Virus record (IMG/VR): IMGVR_UViG_3300042507_004106 | Reading direction: 5' to 3' (one strand) | DNA from: a virus | Lineage: Duplodnaviria > Caudoviricetes | Length of the DNA: 64,000 nucleotides | Part shown: positions 28,101-37,355 of the stretch, piece after piece | Position numbering within the stretch: position 1 is the first letter of the stretch | Layout: every line of letters begins with the position of its first letter | Notes under the pieces: model-generated | What the model saw: only the letters and a program-made list of their open reading frames with translations | The model's database searches: none | Told to the model about the DNA's origin: nothing | Position numbers and translations under genes: made by a program

Positions 28101-31100
28101 GAGTACCTTGTGTTCCTTGGATGCCTTGAACACCTTGAGTACCAGTAGTTCCTTGAGTACCAGTAGTTCCTTGAGTACCAGTAGTTCCCTGAGTACCCTG
28201 AATACCTTGGATTCCCTGAGTACCTTGAGTACCTGTGGTTCCTTGAGTACCTGTGGTTCCTTGAGTACCTTGAGTACCTTGAGTACCTTGAGTACCTTGA
28301 GTACCTTGAGTACCCTGAATACCTTGGATTCCCTGAGTACCTTGAGTACCTTGAGTACCTTGAGTACCCTGAATACCTTGGATTCCCTGAGTACCTTGAA
28401 TACCTTGGATACCTTGAGTGCCGGTAGTACCCTGAATTCCCTGAGTTCCCTGAGTACCTTGAACACCTTGGATACCTTGTGTTCCCTGAGTACCTTGAGT
28501 ACCTTGAGTACCAGTGGTTCCCTGAGTACCCTGAATACCTTGAGTACCTTGAGTACCCTGCGTTCCTTGGATGCCTTGAACACCTTGAGTACCTTGAGTA
28601 CCTTGAGTACCCTGCGTTCCTTGGATGCCTTGAACACCTTGAGTACCTTGAGTACCTTGAACACCTTGGATTCCCTGAGTACCTTGAGTACCTTGAGTAC
28701 CCTGAATACCTTGAGCACCAGTAATTCCTTGAGTACCTTGTCTTCCTTGAATACCCTGAATACCTTGAATACCTTGAGTACCCTGCGTTCCTTGGATGCC
28801 TTGAGTACCCTGGGTTCCTTGAGTTCCTTGAGTACCTTGGACACCTTGAGTACCAGCAGCAAAAGGAGCAGTCCAAGAAACTCCAGCACCAGTTGATACT
28901 AAAATTGATCCAGCAACACCAACATTATTATAGATATCTTTTAATGTTGAATTAAGTTCAATTTGTTGATCAAATGTTGCAATTCCTGAAACTACTAAAG
29001 AATTAAAAGTTGGAGTATCAGAAACTGTAATTGTTGCAATTGCACCGCCAACTGTTGATGTTGCAATAATGTTATTTCCTCTAAAATCAAGGTTTGTAAC
29101 GCTACCTGCAGTGCCTACTATTACACCTTCATCGCGAACAATAATACCATCAAGAGTACCAGCACCCGCTTGAGTGATTGGCTGCCAACTCCATCCACCA
29201 GTCCCATCCGCTACTGGAACATAAGTATTTTGACCAAAAGTAACTCCATCAGGAGATAACTGATTAACATCTAATTTATCAAATGTTCCTATACCAGAAG
29301 CATTAATATTTCTAACAACTGCTAAATCTCTTTCCGTAAATTGAACCGAACCAGCGGCAAGTCTTGTACCATTCGGGAATTGTGTTGAACCAATACCAAC
29401 AGCATAGTTAATTAACCAAGCATCGGTTCCAAGTCCAGAGAATGCTCCAGATCTGAACCACATAATTTTCTTATATGTGGCGGGTGCAGTTTCAATACCA
29501 GCAATGAATAAAGGTACTAATGGAGATCCTTCAGTTGATGCAACTGCAATACCGCCGTGATTTGCGGTTGTATCCGTAGAAGCATCTTGATTCTGAGCAT
29601 TAGTAGTAACGCCAAGAATAATATCAGCATCAAGAACTCTTAAATCTTGAGCGGTGATAACTGTTGTTGTTCCACCAATACTTAAGTTATTAGTAACATT
29701 AAGGTCATATACACTTAACTGTGTTCCATCAAAAGTTAAGTTTGAAGAACCAGTGGGATTATTAGAAGCATCTTTATAAACAACTTGGTTTGCAGATCCC
29801 GCTACTGGTCCGGTTGTACCTTGAACACCTTGAGTACCTTGAGTACCCTGAGTTCCTTGAACACCCTGAACACCTTGAGTTCCTTGAGTACCCTGAGTTC
29901 CTTGAGTACCCTGAATACCTTGGATTCCCTGAGTACCTTGAGTACCTTGAGTACCTTGAGTACCTTGAGTACCTTGAACACCTTGGATTCCCTGAGTACC
30001 TTGAGTACCTTGTGTTCCTTGAACACCTTGAGTTCCTTGAGTACCTTGTGTTCCTTGAACACCTTGAGTTCCTTGAGTTCCTTGAGTTCCTTGGATGCCT
30101 TGAACACCTTGAGTACCTTGAGTACCTTGAACACCTTGAGTTCCTTGAGTTCCTTGAGTTCCTTGGATGCCTTGAACACCTTGAGTACCTTGAGTACCTT
30201 GAACACCTTGGATTCCCTGAGTACCTTGAGTACCTTGAACACCTTGGATTCCCTGAGTACCTTGAGTACCTTGTGTTCCTTGGATGCCTTGAACACCTTG
30301 AGTTCCTTGAACACCCTGAACACCTTGAGTTCCTTGAGTACCCTGAGTTCCTTGAACACCCTGAACACCTTGAGTTCCTTGAGTACCCTGAGTTCCTTGA
30401 ACACCCTGAACACCTTGAGTTCCTTGAGTACCCTGAGTTCCTTGAGTACCCTGAATACCTTGGATTCCCTGAGTACCTTGAGTACCTTGAGTACCTTGAA
30501 TACCTTGGATTCCCTGAGTACCTTGAGTACCTTGAGTACCTTGAGTACCTTGAGTACCTTGCGTTCCTTGAACACCTTGGGTTCCTTGGGTTCCTTGAAC
30601 TCCTTGAATACCTTGAGTTCCTTGAACGCCTTGAATTCCTTGAGTACCTTGTGTTCCTTGAACACCCTGAACACCTTGAGTGCCTTGAGTACCTTGGATT
30701 CCTTGTACACCCTGAGTACCTTGAGTACCTTGAGTACCTTGAGTTCCTTGGATGCCCTGAACACCTTGAGTGCCTTGAGTACCTTGGATTCCTTGTACAC
30801 CCTGAGTACCTTGAGTACCTTGAGTACCTTGAGTTCCCTGAGTTCCCTGAGTACCTTGGATTCCTTGAGTACCCTGTGTTCCTTGGATGCCTTGAACACC
30901 TTGGGTTCCTTGAGTACCTTGAGTACCCTGAACACCTTGAGTACCTTGGACACCTTGAGTTCCTTGAACACCCTGGGTTCCTTGAGTTCCCTGTACCCCT
31001 TGAATACCTGCCGCAAAAGGAGCAGTCCAAGAAACTCCAGCACCCGTAGAAATAAGAATAGATCCAGCAACACCTACATTATTATAAATGTCCTTAAGAC

Positions 31101-32724
31101 CCGCATCTAATTCTAGAGTATTAGAAAATGTAGAAACTCCAGAAACACTTAAATTAGTTACGTTAGCACTATCAACATTTACAATCACTACGTCTGCTTG
31201 TGAAGATGTTATAATTCCAGAAGCATTAATATTTCTTACAACTACTAAATCCTGCTCAGTAAACTGAACAGAACCAGCAGCAAGTCTTGTTCCAGTTGGG
31301 AATTGTGTTGAACCAATACCGACTGCATAATTGATTAACCAAGCATCAGTTCCAAGTCCAGCAAAAGTGCCTTCCTTGAACCACATAATTTTCTTATATG
31401 TGGAAGGTGCTGTCTCAATTCCAGTAACAAATAAATTAACTAATGGAGTTCCTTCTGTAGAGGCAAGAGCAACACCACCGTGATTCGCAGTATTATCGTT
31501 AGAAACATCATTACCAAACGCATCTGTTCTATATCCAAGAATAATATCAGGGTCAGTAACAGTTAATTCCTGAACATTAATAAATGCTGTTGTTCCACCA
31601 ATCGTAATATTTCCAGTTACATTTAAATTACGATTAACTTGAAGATCTCTGCTAACTGTTAAGTCTTGTGGAACTACAAGATTTGTTGGAAGACTTAATG
31701 TTGGTGTAGACCCTTCACCAGTTCCACCAGTAACCGTGATTTGATTTGAGGTTCCAGAAATATCCTTTACATAATCACCAAAAGTATCTGTACCTAATCC
31801 AACACTATTAGGTTGAATTGTTGCTGCTAAAGATACATTACCTGTACCATCAAAACTAATTGCAGAAGCAACTACATCACCAGTAATTTCAAACGTTCTT
31901 GGAGTTTCAAGTTTAGTTGCTGTAGTCGCAGTACCAGTTAAATCTCCTACAAAACCACCAACAGAAGTAGTGACTCCTAGGATATAAGCATTTTGACCAA
32001 TTCGTGCATCATTCTCAAAAGTAATATCAGTTCCAGCAAATCCAATGACTTTAAAACCAGATGCATTATTGACTTGACTTGCACCAATGGTTCCCTGGAA
32101 CGCTACATTTCCAGTTCCATCATAAACATAAAATGAGTTTGTTCCGTTTGCAGATTGATAATATCCACTACTTGGTCTGAAAGAAGATCCAGTTACAATA
32201 CCAGAAGAATTTACACTTTGCGCCGTTAAGTTTGTAACAGATGCAACACCAAGAGTACTTACACCAGTAACTTGCAGTTGAGAAGAAGAAACACTAGTAG
32301 ATGATATTCTTTCAATAGTAGCAGCAGTTCCAACAAGAGTAGTGATCGATGCAACGCCAGTTACGTTAGCATTACGGGCAGTAAATTCATCAAATACTAA
32401 ATCATCGGCAACATATAAATCTCCACCAACATAAAGATCTCCACCAGTTGTTGTAATACCACCATTAGCGGCAAGAGTGGTTATTCCAGAAACATAAAGT
32501 TGTGTGAAAGATCCACCGGTACCAACTAAATCATTTCCAACATAAAAATTGGAAGATGTTACAACGCCAGTAAAATATCCATCACCAACAACATAAAGTT
32601 TAGAAGTTGCATTTGTTGTTGCAATACCAACATTTCCGATAACTTCAAGTGAAGTTAAATTCTCACTATAAGATGAAATACCAACTTTTAAATTTTTCTG
32701 TCTGCCGCTAGTATATTTTGCCAT
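25102..32724 (-). CDS. Giant tail fibre with three collagen-like blocks and a C-terminal peptidase S74 chaperone
   Basis: 2540 aa; uninterrupted Gly-X-Y runs; C-terminal SDRTQK...GVIAQE...VSYGNIVGLLIEAIKEQQ coiled coil. Confidence 0.88.
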   Translation of the reverse strand: MAKYTSGRQKNLKVGISSYSENLTSLEVIGNVGIATTNATSKLYVVGDGYFTGVVTSSNFYVGNDLVGTGGSFTQLYVSGITTLAANGGITTTGGDLYVGGDLYVADDLVFDEFTARNANVTGVASITTLVGTAATIERISSTSVSSSQLQVTGVSTLGVASVTNLTAQSVNSSGIVTGSSFRPSSGYYQSANGTNSFYVYDGTGNVAFQGTIGASQVNNASGFKVIGFAGTDITFENDARIGQNAYILGVTTSVGGFVGDLTGTATTATKLETPRTFEITGDVVASAISFDGTGNVSLAATIQPNSVGLGTDTFGDYVKDISGTSNQITVTGGTGEGSTPTLSLPTNLVVPQDLTVSRDLQVNRNLNVTGNITIGGTTAFINVQELTVTDPDIILGYRTDAFGNDVSNDNTANHGGVALASTEGTPLVNLFVTGIETAPSTYKKIMWFKEGTFAGLGTDAWLINYAVGIGSTQFPTGTRLAAGSVQFTEQDLVVVRNINASGIITSSQADVVIVNVDSANVTNLSVSGVSTFSNTLELDAGLKDIYNNVGVAGSILISTGAGVSWTAPFAAGIQGVQGTQGTQGVQGTQGVQGTQGVQGTQGTQGTQGVQGIQGTQGTQGIQGTQGTQGTQGTQGTQGTQGVQGIQGTQGTQGVQGIQGTQGTQGTQGTQGVQGIQGTQGTQGVQGVQGTQGTQGIQGVQGTQGIQGVQGTQGTQGVQGTQGTQGTQGTQGTQGTQGIQGIQGTQGTQGTQGIQGIQGTQGTQGTQGTQGVQGVQGTQGTQGTQGVQGVQGTQGTQGTQGVQGVQGTQGVQGIQGTQGTQGTQGIQGVQGTQGTQGIQGVQGTQGTQGVQGIQGTQGTQGTQGVQGTQGTQGVQGIQGTQGTQGTQGVQGTQGTQGTQGVQGTQGTQGTQGIQGVQGTQGTQGTQGTQGTQGIQGIQGTQGTQGTQGTQGVQGVQGTQGTQGTQGVQGTTGPVAGSANQVVYKDASNNPTGSSNLTFDGTQLSVYDLNVTNNLSIGGTTTVITAQDLRVLDADIILGVTTNAQNQDASTDTTANHGGIAVASTEGSPLVPLFIAGIETAPATYKKIMWFRSGAFSGLGTDAWLINYAVGIGSTQFPNGTRLAAGSVQFTERDLAVVRNINASGIGTFDKLDVNQLSPDGVTFGQNTYVPVADGTGGWSWQPITQAGAGTLDGIIVRDEGVIVGTAGSVTNLDFRGNNIIATSTVGGAIATITVSDTPTFNSLVVSGIATFDQQIELNSTLKDIYNNVGVAGSILVSTGAGVSWTAPFAAGTQGVQGTQGTQGTQGTQGIQGTQGTQGIQGIQGIQGRQGTQGITGAQGIQGTQGTQGTQGIQGVQGTQGTQGVQGIQGTQGTQGTQGTQGVQGIQGTQGTQGTQGIQGTQGTTGTQGTQGTQGTQGIQGVQGTQGTQGIQGTTGTQGIQGIQGTQGIQGIQGTQGTQGTQGTQGIQGIQGTQGTQGTQGTQGTQGTQGTTGTQGTTGTQGTQGIQGIQGTQGTTGTQGTTGTQGTTGTQGVQGIQGTQGTQGTQGIQGTQGTTGTQGTQGVQGIQGRQGIQGTTGTQGTTGTQGTTGTQGVQGIQGRQGIQGTTGTQGTTGTQGTQGIQGTQGTTGTQGIQGVQGTTGPVAGSANQVVYKDGSNNPTGSGNLTFDGTNLYVGGNVTIGGTSVLIASSTLTVRDKDIIVGLATTAGGVVISNDITANHGGIAVASTEGSPLLDISAGVGTDDIPSTYKQIMWIKSGTFTGLNTDAWITNYAVGVGTFDLPSGTRLAAGGMKVTDTTVSTPQLNVSGVSTFGNNVNIAGTVGIGTIIDIIPYDTLNSGTLSFEGSAGQLFSITNNLTSGSIFSVNDVSGIPSIDVNADGTIALAPYGTTEKVGIGTTNPTSKLHVVGDVRVSGASTFGGLVELDSSLRDFYGNVGVAGSVLISTGAGVSWTSPFAAGIQGIQGTTGTQGVQGTQGTQGIQGVQGTQGTQGTTGTQGIQGIQGTTGTQGTTGTQGTTGTQGIQGIQGIQGRQGIQGTTGTQGTTGTQGTTGTQGTTGTQGTTGTQGIQGIQGTTGTQGTTGTQGTTGTQGTTGTQGIQGIQGIQGRQGIQGIQGTTGTQGTQGIQGTQGTQGVQGTTGTQGTTGTQGTTGTQGTTGTQGVQGTTGTQGTTGTQGTQGIQGTQGTQGVQGTTGTQGIQGVQGVVGDSYWAKTTVGIHTLSNVGVGTTNAQYIFTVTDTGTPATIGLTNCLADYTTNANSYGQVNLRNTSSGTNASADIIITSDNGNDSSNFIDLGINNSGYSVGSWTINGANDGYLYTSDGNLSIGAINASVAKYISFFTGGTLISNERMRINSSGVGIGTTNPTAVVTSANTSVLAAGIVTAFRYFGDGSQLTGVSGGITVSDDTSTNATRYILFDDATSGSVSTVNVSSSKLTFNPSTGTLSATVFTSLSDRTQKTDITPITNAIETVKQIQGVKYKWVDDHSQPSIGVIAQEIEKVLPEVVNTNDQGLKTVSYGNIVGLLIEAIKEQQVRIEELERKLDV
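26119..26859 (-). repeat. Collagen block 3 (about 80 Gly-X-Y triplets; GTT/GTQ/GIQ)
   Basis: Degenerate 9-nt repeats such as ggtactcaa and ggaactact. Confidence 0.9.
27809..28854 (-). repeat. Collagen block 2 (about 115 triplets)
   Basis: GTQ/GIQ/GVQ/GTT repeats. Confidence 0.9.
29809..31008 (-). repeat. Collagen block 1 (about 130 triplets, almost purely G-[TVI]-Q)
   Basis: Degenerate 9-nt repeats. Confidence 0.9.
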
Positions 32725-32725
32725 G

Positions 32726-33067
32726 TTAGTTGAGTGTCTCCAGAATGCTTCCTAAAAATTTAATATCACTATTACTACTTGCAGATAATACAAGAACATC
32801 ACCAGATTCAAGAACTAATTTTCCCGCCAAAAGATTTGCAGTATCACTCGAAGAAACTGGAAAGTCTTTTAAAATTTCAGTTGTAACTGCGATCCCAGCA
32901 GTTGTTCTTTGATGAGAAAAAGAAACGGTTTGAGTATTGTTTCCAACATTCGCCGCCTGTGCTAAAAGCACTACACCAGTATAACCAACTGGTGCAGTAT
33001 AAATTCCAACCGCTTGAGTGCTTGCAATTTTAGTAACAGTCTTAAAGACATTAAGTGCTAATGCCAT
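32726..33067 (-). CDS. Small virion structural protein, likely tail-associated
   Basis: IYTAP...AN...KLVLESGDVL...SILE pattern common in cyanomyovirus tail regions. Confidence 0.6.
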   Translation of the reverse strand: MALALNVFKTVTKIASTQAVGIYTAPVGYTGVVLLAQAANVGNNTQTVSFSHQRTTAGIAVTTEILKDFPVSSSDTANLLAGKLVLESGDVLVLSASSNSDIKFLGSILETLN

Positions 33068-33070
33068 TTT

Positions 33071-35218
33071 TTAATCTCCTCCCAGTGCTAGAATAAATGG
33101 AGTCATTGTTGAAAACAAACTCTTAGAATAGAATGTGCCAGAAATACTCCCTTCAATTTGATTAATAATTACACCCTCACCTATTCTAAAATTGCCCGAT
33201 TGATCTGTACTCGTGTAAACAACAAGACCACCATTTCTCATATCAATTTCATTATCTTGAATTGGAACTCCACCTTGAGTAGGAAGAGCGGTATTAATAT
33301 TTGTTCCAGATCCAATGTATTCAAAAGAATGTCCAGATGCTAATACTCTACTTTGTTTAAAGAATGGAACTGTAGATCCAACACCAACTACATATGGAAC
33401 ATTATCATTAACTGTAATTGTACAAATTCCGGAAGAAACTGGAGTAGAACTCGAAATTGAATAGTAAGTAGGAATAGTCCTAAGTGTTGCTATAGCAGTA
33501 TTTATCCCAACATCAGGACTCGAAATTGTAATCGTTGGTGTTGTTGTGTATCCTCTACCACTGGAAATAACTTCAATTGAGGTTATAGACCCATTTTTAA
33601 CTTCAGCAACTGCTGTTGCTTGAATACCCCAATCAGTTGATGGTGCAGAAATCGTAACCGTTGGTGTATTGTTGTATCCTGTCCCACCAGATCCAACAAT
33701 AATCTTATTGACTGTATAATATAAGTTATCAAAATAAACGACTTGACCATCAAAAGGTCTTACAACATTTATCTTTGCAGATCCACCAGCAATATAATCG
33801 TGAGCAAGTGTTGAAGTCCCAGTATAAACTGTAAAGGAAGTAGGACTAATAACTGACTGAACTTCAAATACGTTTCCATAATTTCCACTCGGGAATACAT
33901 ATCCCATAAATGTTGCAGTACCACCAGAAACATAAGTATGTGGTAGAGTTGATGTTCCTACATTTACAGTGAATTGATTCGATGCGGGAATACTTTCAAC
34001 TTCAAAAACATATCCTTCCTTACCGCTAGGATAAGTTAAAGTTCCTGGACCGGATGGGCAAGTAAATCCGAGTCCAGCAAGACTTACACCCATACCAACA
34101 CTAAATCTATGATTTGAAACTACAGTAGTAATTGTAGCAATTCCACTTACATTATCATAGACAGCGTTACTAATTGCTCTTACAGGTATATCTGGTGGAT
34201 CTCCCGTTGATGGGCAAAGAAATGCTAAATTCTTAATCGTCACTCCCATCCCAACATCAAAACCATGGGGTGCTGATGTTGTAATTGTCGTTAAACCAGT
34301 TGTATTAGAATAAGATGCTGTTGAAATTGATACGGGTTGAACGGAAAGATCCAAAACAAATGTATCACTATTTGCTTCTGCAGTTTGTGTTACAATACCA
34401 GTATACTTTCTTGGTCCAATACCATCAGAAACAAGACCATAATTACCAAATGATGCGTTTGAGTTTGTAAGATCACAAGCGCCACCAGTTCCACAAAAAA
34501 CTGCAGTGTCTGGACAAATTGTAAAGAGTGAAACTAACTGAGCATATCCCTCATTCGTAATTGAAACTCCAATACCACCTTGATTATATTGGGTATAAGA
34601 GTCAAGAACCATTGACTTAGTTGGTCCGATTGAATAACGACCATCGATTTTCATTCCAATACTATCTGGAATAAAATTAGTGCAATTTTGAATATAAGGT
34701 GATTGATTATTAAAGACTGGTTTGTTAGGATTGAATGCAAAAATGGCACCTGTATTTGCAGATCCTACAAATGCCATTTCTGCAATATAGTTTCCATTCC
34801 CAACATAAAAAAGGTCTCCTTGATTTTGTGGAGTAACTGAGACTTCTCTTAAACTATCACCAACAATACTGACTTGATCTGGTAGTGCGATTGGATTGTT
34901 CTCTACATAAGATCCAGCACTAACTCTAATAACGGAACCTGCTGTTGAGATTGCAACTGCTCCTGCGATGGTTCCTTTTGCGTCTCCGAGTTTAAGTCCT
35001 GTGTTTGTGTCGCTTCCGTCTTTTGTGACATAGATAACATTTGTAACTGTTGCACCTGCACCGATACGAACAATATCTGTTCCAATTCCAGGACGCTCTC
35101 TTTTAGCAGTTAACTCACCATCATACGTGTTGTAAGCTAATTCTGCACTTAATAATTGGTCTGCAGTTGGTCTTTTACCAGGAACAGCAGATCGTTTAAT
35201 CCTGATCGGAGTGGACAT
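33071..35218 (-). CDS. Tail fibre/spike-like structural protein
   Basis: N-terminal IRIKRSAVPGKRP...ELAYN..DG anchor motif, YVTKDGSD beta-helix start, two internal ~90 aa repeats, GGTGY/SGRGY motifs. Confidence 0.72.
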   Translation of the reverse strand: MSTPIRIKRSAVPGKRPTADQLLSAELAYNTYDGELTAKRERPGIGTDIVRIGAGATVTNVIYVTKDGSDTNTGLKLGDAKGTIAGAVAISTAGSVIRVSAGSYVENNPIALPDQVSIVGDSLREVSVTPQNQGDLFYVGNGNYIAEMAFVGSANTGAIFAFNPNKPVFNNQSPYIQNCTNFIPDSIGMKIDGRYSIGPTKSMVLDSYTQYNQGGIGVSITNEGYAQLVSLFTICPDTAVFCGTGGACDLTNSNASFGNYGLVSDGIGPRKYTGIVTQTAEANSDTFVLDLSVQPVSISTASYSNTTGLTTITTSAPHGFDVGMGVTIKNLAFLCPSTGDPPDIPVRAISNAVYDNVSGIATITTVVSNHRFSVGMGVSLAGLGFTCPSGPGTLTYPSGKEGYVFEVESIPASNQFTVNVGTSTLPHTYVSGGTATFMGYVFPSGNYGNVFEVQSVISPTSFTVYTGTSTLAHDYIAGGSAKINVVRPFDGQVVYFDNLYYTVNKIIVGSGGTGYNNTPTVTISAPSTDWGIQATAVAEVKNGSITSIEVISSGRGYTTTPTITISSPDVGINTAIATLRTIPTYYSISSSTPVSSGICTITVNDNVPYVVGVGSTVPFFKQSRVLASGHSFEYIGSGTNINTALPTQGGVPIQDNEIDMRNGGLVVYTSTDQSGNFRIGEGVIINQIEGSISGTFYSKSLFSTMTPFILALGGD

Positions 35219-35274
35219 TTATCGCATTCGGTATTTACCAGAAAAAGCAGTATCTACCACTTTCATTTATTTAT

Positions 35275-35646
35275 TCAAGTACAATTATTCCTTCTTGGAC
35301 GATAAGAGAATAAGTTAGTTGGTGGTTCTGGTTTCATCCATTCTTCAATCTTATCAAATCTTTCTTCACTATAAAAATCTTGCTGAACATACCACAGTTT
35401 CCAGTGCTCATGCCCCTTAGACTGATTACAATCATGACAGCAGCATACTACGTTTTTTGTAACGTCTGCACCACCTTTTGACTGAGGAAGAATGTGATCA
35501 ATTGTGAGTCTCTCCTCCGACCCACAATAAGCACATTGATGATTCCATTGTTCTTTTATATGTTGCCTCCACAATCGTTTCGCCTCCCCAGAACTTGTTG
35601 CTTGTAACTGAAACAAGTATTCTTTTGGAGAGTGTAGAGGTCCCAT
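35275..35646 (-). CDS. HNH endonuclease
   Basis: CAYCG...TIDHILPQSKGG...NVVCCCHDCNQSKG. Confidence 0.9.
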   Translation of the reverse strand: MGPLHSPKEYLFQLQATSSGEAKRLWRQHIKEQWNHQCAYCGSEERLTIDHILPQSKGGADVTKNVVCCCHDCNQSKGHEHWKLWYVQQDFYSEERFDKIEEWMKPEPPTNLFSYRPRRNNCT

Positions 35647-35649
35647 AAG

Positions 35650-35847
35650 TTACTGCGACTTAGGATTATTTATCTTCTTACAAGCACTTCTTGCCCAAGC
35701 ACGACTTAAACTATTCACATAAGAACAAGCCTTACCTTTCTGACCACAATGGGGGCACACTACATCAGGGGGATCTTTGATGTATCCTTCTGGCGTGTAC
35801 ACTTTTTTCTTCAGATTTTCTGCTTGTTTATGTTTACGGTGATTCAT
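35650..35847 (-). CDS. Small Cys-containing hypothetical protein
   Basis: CPHCG...C...C; 65 aa. Confidence 0.5.
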   Translation of the reverse strand: MNHRKHKQAENLKKKVYTPEGYIKDPPDVVCPHCGQKGKACSYVNSLSRAWARSACKKINNPKSQ

Positions 35848-36116
35848 ACAATTACCGGTTGCCCTTGACCCTCATTGAGACGAATTACTTCTGGATTAAT
35901 TTGATTTACTTTTCCAGCAGGTAATCCAATCTGACCAGGAAGTTGCTTATCAGTTGTTGAAGTAATATCAATCACTTGATCCATAATAAAACGATGCCTA
36001 CTGTAAGATCGGTTATGGGGGTCAAATCCTACCATCATAATCGCATCGTTAATATCACCACAGTGTGCGATGACTCTTCCAGTTTTATTTTCGGTTACAA
36101 TCCAGTATTCGTTCAT
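35844..36116 (-). CDS. Hypothetical protein
   Basis: 90 aa ORF overlapping the next gene. Confidence 0.6.
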   Translation of the reverse strand: MNEYWIVTENKTGRVIAHCGDINDAIMMVGFDPHNRSYSRHRFIMDQVIDITSTTDKQLPGQIGLPAGKVNQINPEVIRLNEGQGQPVIV

Positions 36117-36221
36117 TATCTAAAGTCTTTTGATTATTATAAGATACTTGTGGTTTTCTGTAAAGGTTTGGAAAGGTATCCCTGATAATTTCTGCGAGTT
36201 TATGTGGAGTTTCAGAACTAA

Positions 36222-36935
36222 TCATTTATATTTTTCAAGTGAGTAAATTCCATTTTTTTCCACAATCGCAGAGCAAGTATCCACAAAGTCTCCACAACAC
36301 ATATAAGTGATTTTACCAAAGTTGCGAATATTTGCAGAATGTATATGCCCACAAATCACACCAGAATACTTCTTATCTCTTTGAGCACAGTAAGAAGCAA
36401 TATCAGTCTCATATTGATTGATATAATTTTTTCCTCTTACACTATTCTTCAAGGCATAGACTAATGAGAATTTGAAAACTCTTTCCAACCACAAACTCAA
36501 TGGTGTGATAATTTCATAACCCTTGTTGAATACTAATTGTTTCCAAGACCCAGAAGAATATTCGGAATACTTATCTCCATGAACACAGAGAAACTTATTT
36601 CCATTTGTGTCTTCGTGAATATACTCATCAACCATTCGAAAGTTCTTATGTTTGAAATCACAATACCGACGAATCTGTCCTTCGTGATTTCCAAGAATGT
36701 AAACAACTTCTGTGCCTTTCTTAGCGAGATTTAGAAGTTGATGGACACACTCCGTATGTTCTTTTGTCCAACGAGTATTATATTTTTCCATACAGTAGAT
36801 GTCTATAATATCACCTACCATTACTAACTTTTTAGTTTTTAGATTTTTGATGAAATTATAGAATCTTTCTGTATCACATCGTGGTGTTCCTAGATGAACA
36901 TCAGAAATAAAAACTGTATCGTAAGTCATAATCAA
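36222..36935 (-). CDS. Metallophosphoesterase, UDP-2,3-diacylglucosamine diphosphatase (LpxH-like) family
   Basis: SDVHLG, GDIID, GNHE, HGD, GHIH, GDFVD motifs. Confidence 0.8.
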   Translation of the reverse strand: MIMTYDTVFISDVHLGTPRCDTERFYNFIKNLKTKKLVMVGDIIDIYCMEKYNTRWTKEHTECVHQLLNLAKKGTEVVYILGNHEGQIRRYCDFKHKNFRMVDEYIHEDTNGNKFLCVHGDKYSEYSSGSWKQLVFNKGYEIITPLSLWLERVFKFSLVYALKNSVRGKNYINQYETDIASYCAQRDKKYSGVICGHIHSANIRNFGKITYMCCGDFVDTCSAIVEKNGIYSLEKYK

Positions 36936-37093
36936 TATCTTGATGGCGTATACTCAAGATCTCCAAGAATGTCTTCTAACATTTCTCCATATTCTTTAAA
37001 TCTTTTGTCACCAGCAATAAAACATCTTTGACGCATCCATACAGCATCGGCAAGAAGTTTTACTTGGTCTTCTGTAAGTGTTATGGTTTTCAT
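36932..37093 (-). CDS. Small hypothetical protein (53 aa, MKTITLTEDQVKLLADAVWMRQRCF...)
   Basis: Manual translation; its stop overlaps the next start. Confidence 0.55.
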   Translation of the reverse strand: MKTITLTEDQVKLLADAVWMRQRCFIAGDKRFKEYGEMLEDILGDLEYTPSRY

Positions 37094-37220
37094 TAGTAAG
37101 AAGTAACTGTTGTATGTATTATAGCAAAGACATTATGAAAAGGAACACTCCGAATGCTATGAATGCTGCGAGGATTGTTAACATAAAAAAGGAGTCCTTT
37201 TAGAACTCCTCTATTTATTT

Positions 37221-37355
37221 TTAACTTTGTCCTCGTGAATAGACAGGTTGTAAAATACCCCCATCTTGATCATCGTCATTATCGTGATCCTCATTGAGAA
37301 TCACAATCAGAGCAAATACAAAGAGAACCAAGTATAGAATATACTGTATGGTCAT
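37221..37355 (-). CDS. Small membrane protein (44 aa, TM helix + DHDNDDDQDGG)
   Basis: Manual translation; ATGA overlap with the endonuclease stop. Confidence 0.55.
   Translation of the reverse strand: MTIQYILYLVLFVFALIVILNEDHDNDDDQDGGILQPVYSRGQS

Noticed and set aside
25948-31110. Many long alternative-frame and antisense ORFs over the collagen blocks
   Set aside because: They are stop-free shadows of 9-nt Gly-X-Gln repeats (LKV, YSR, STL, EYL patterns), not independent genes.
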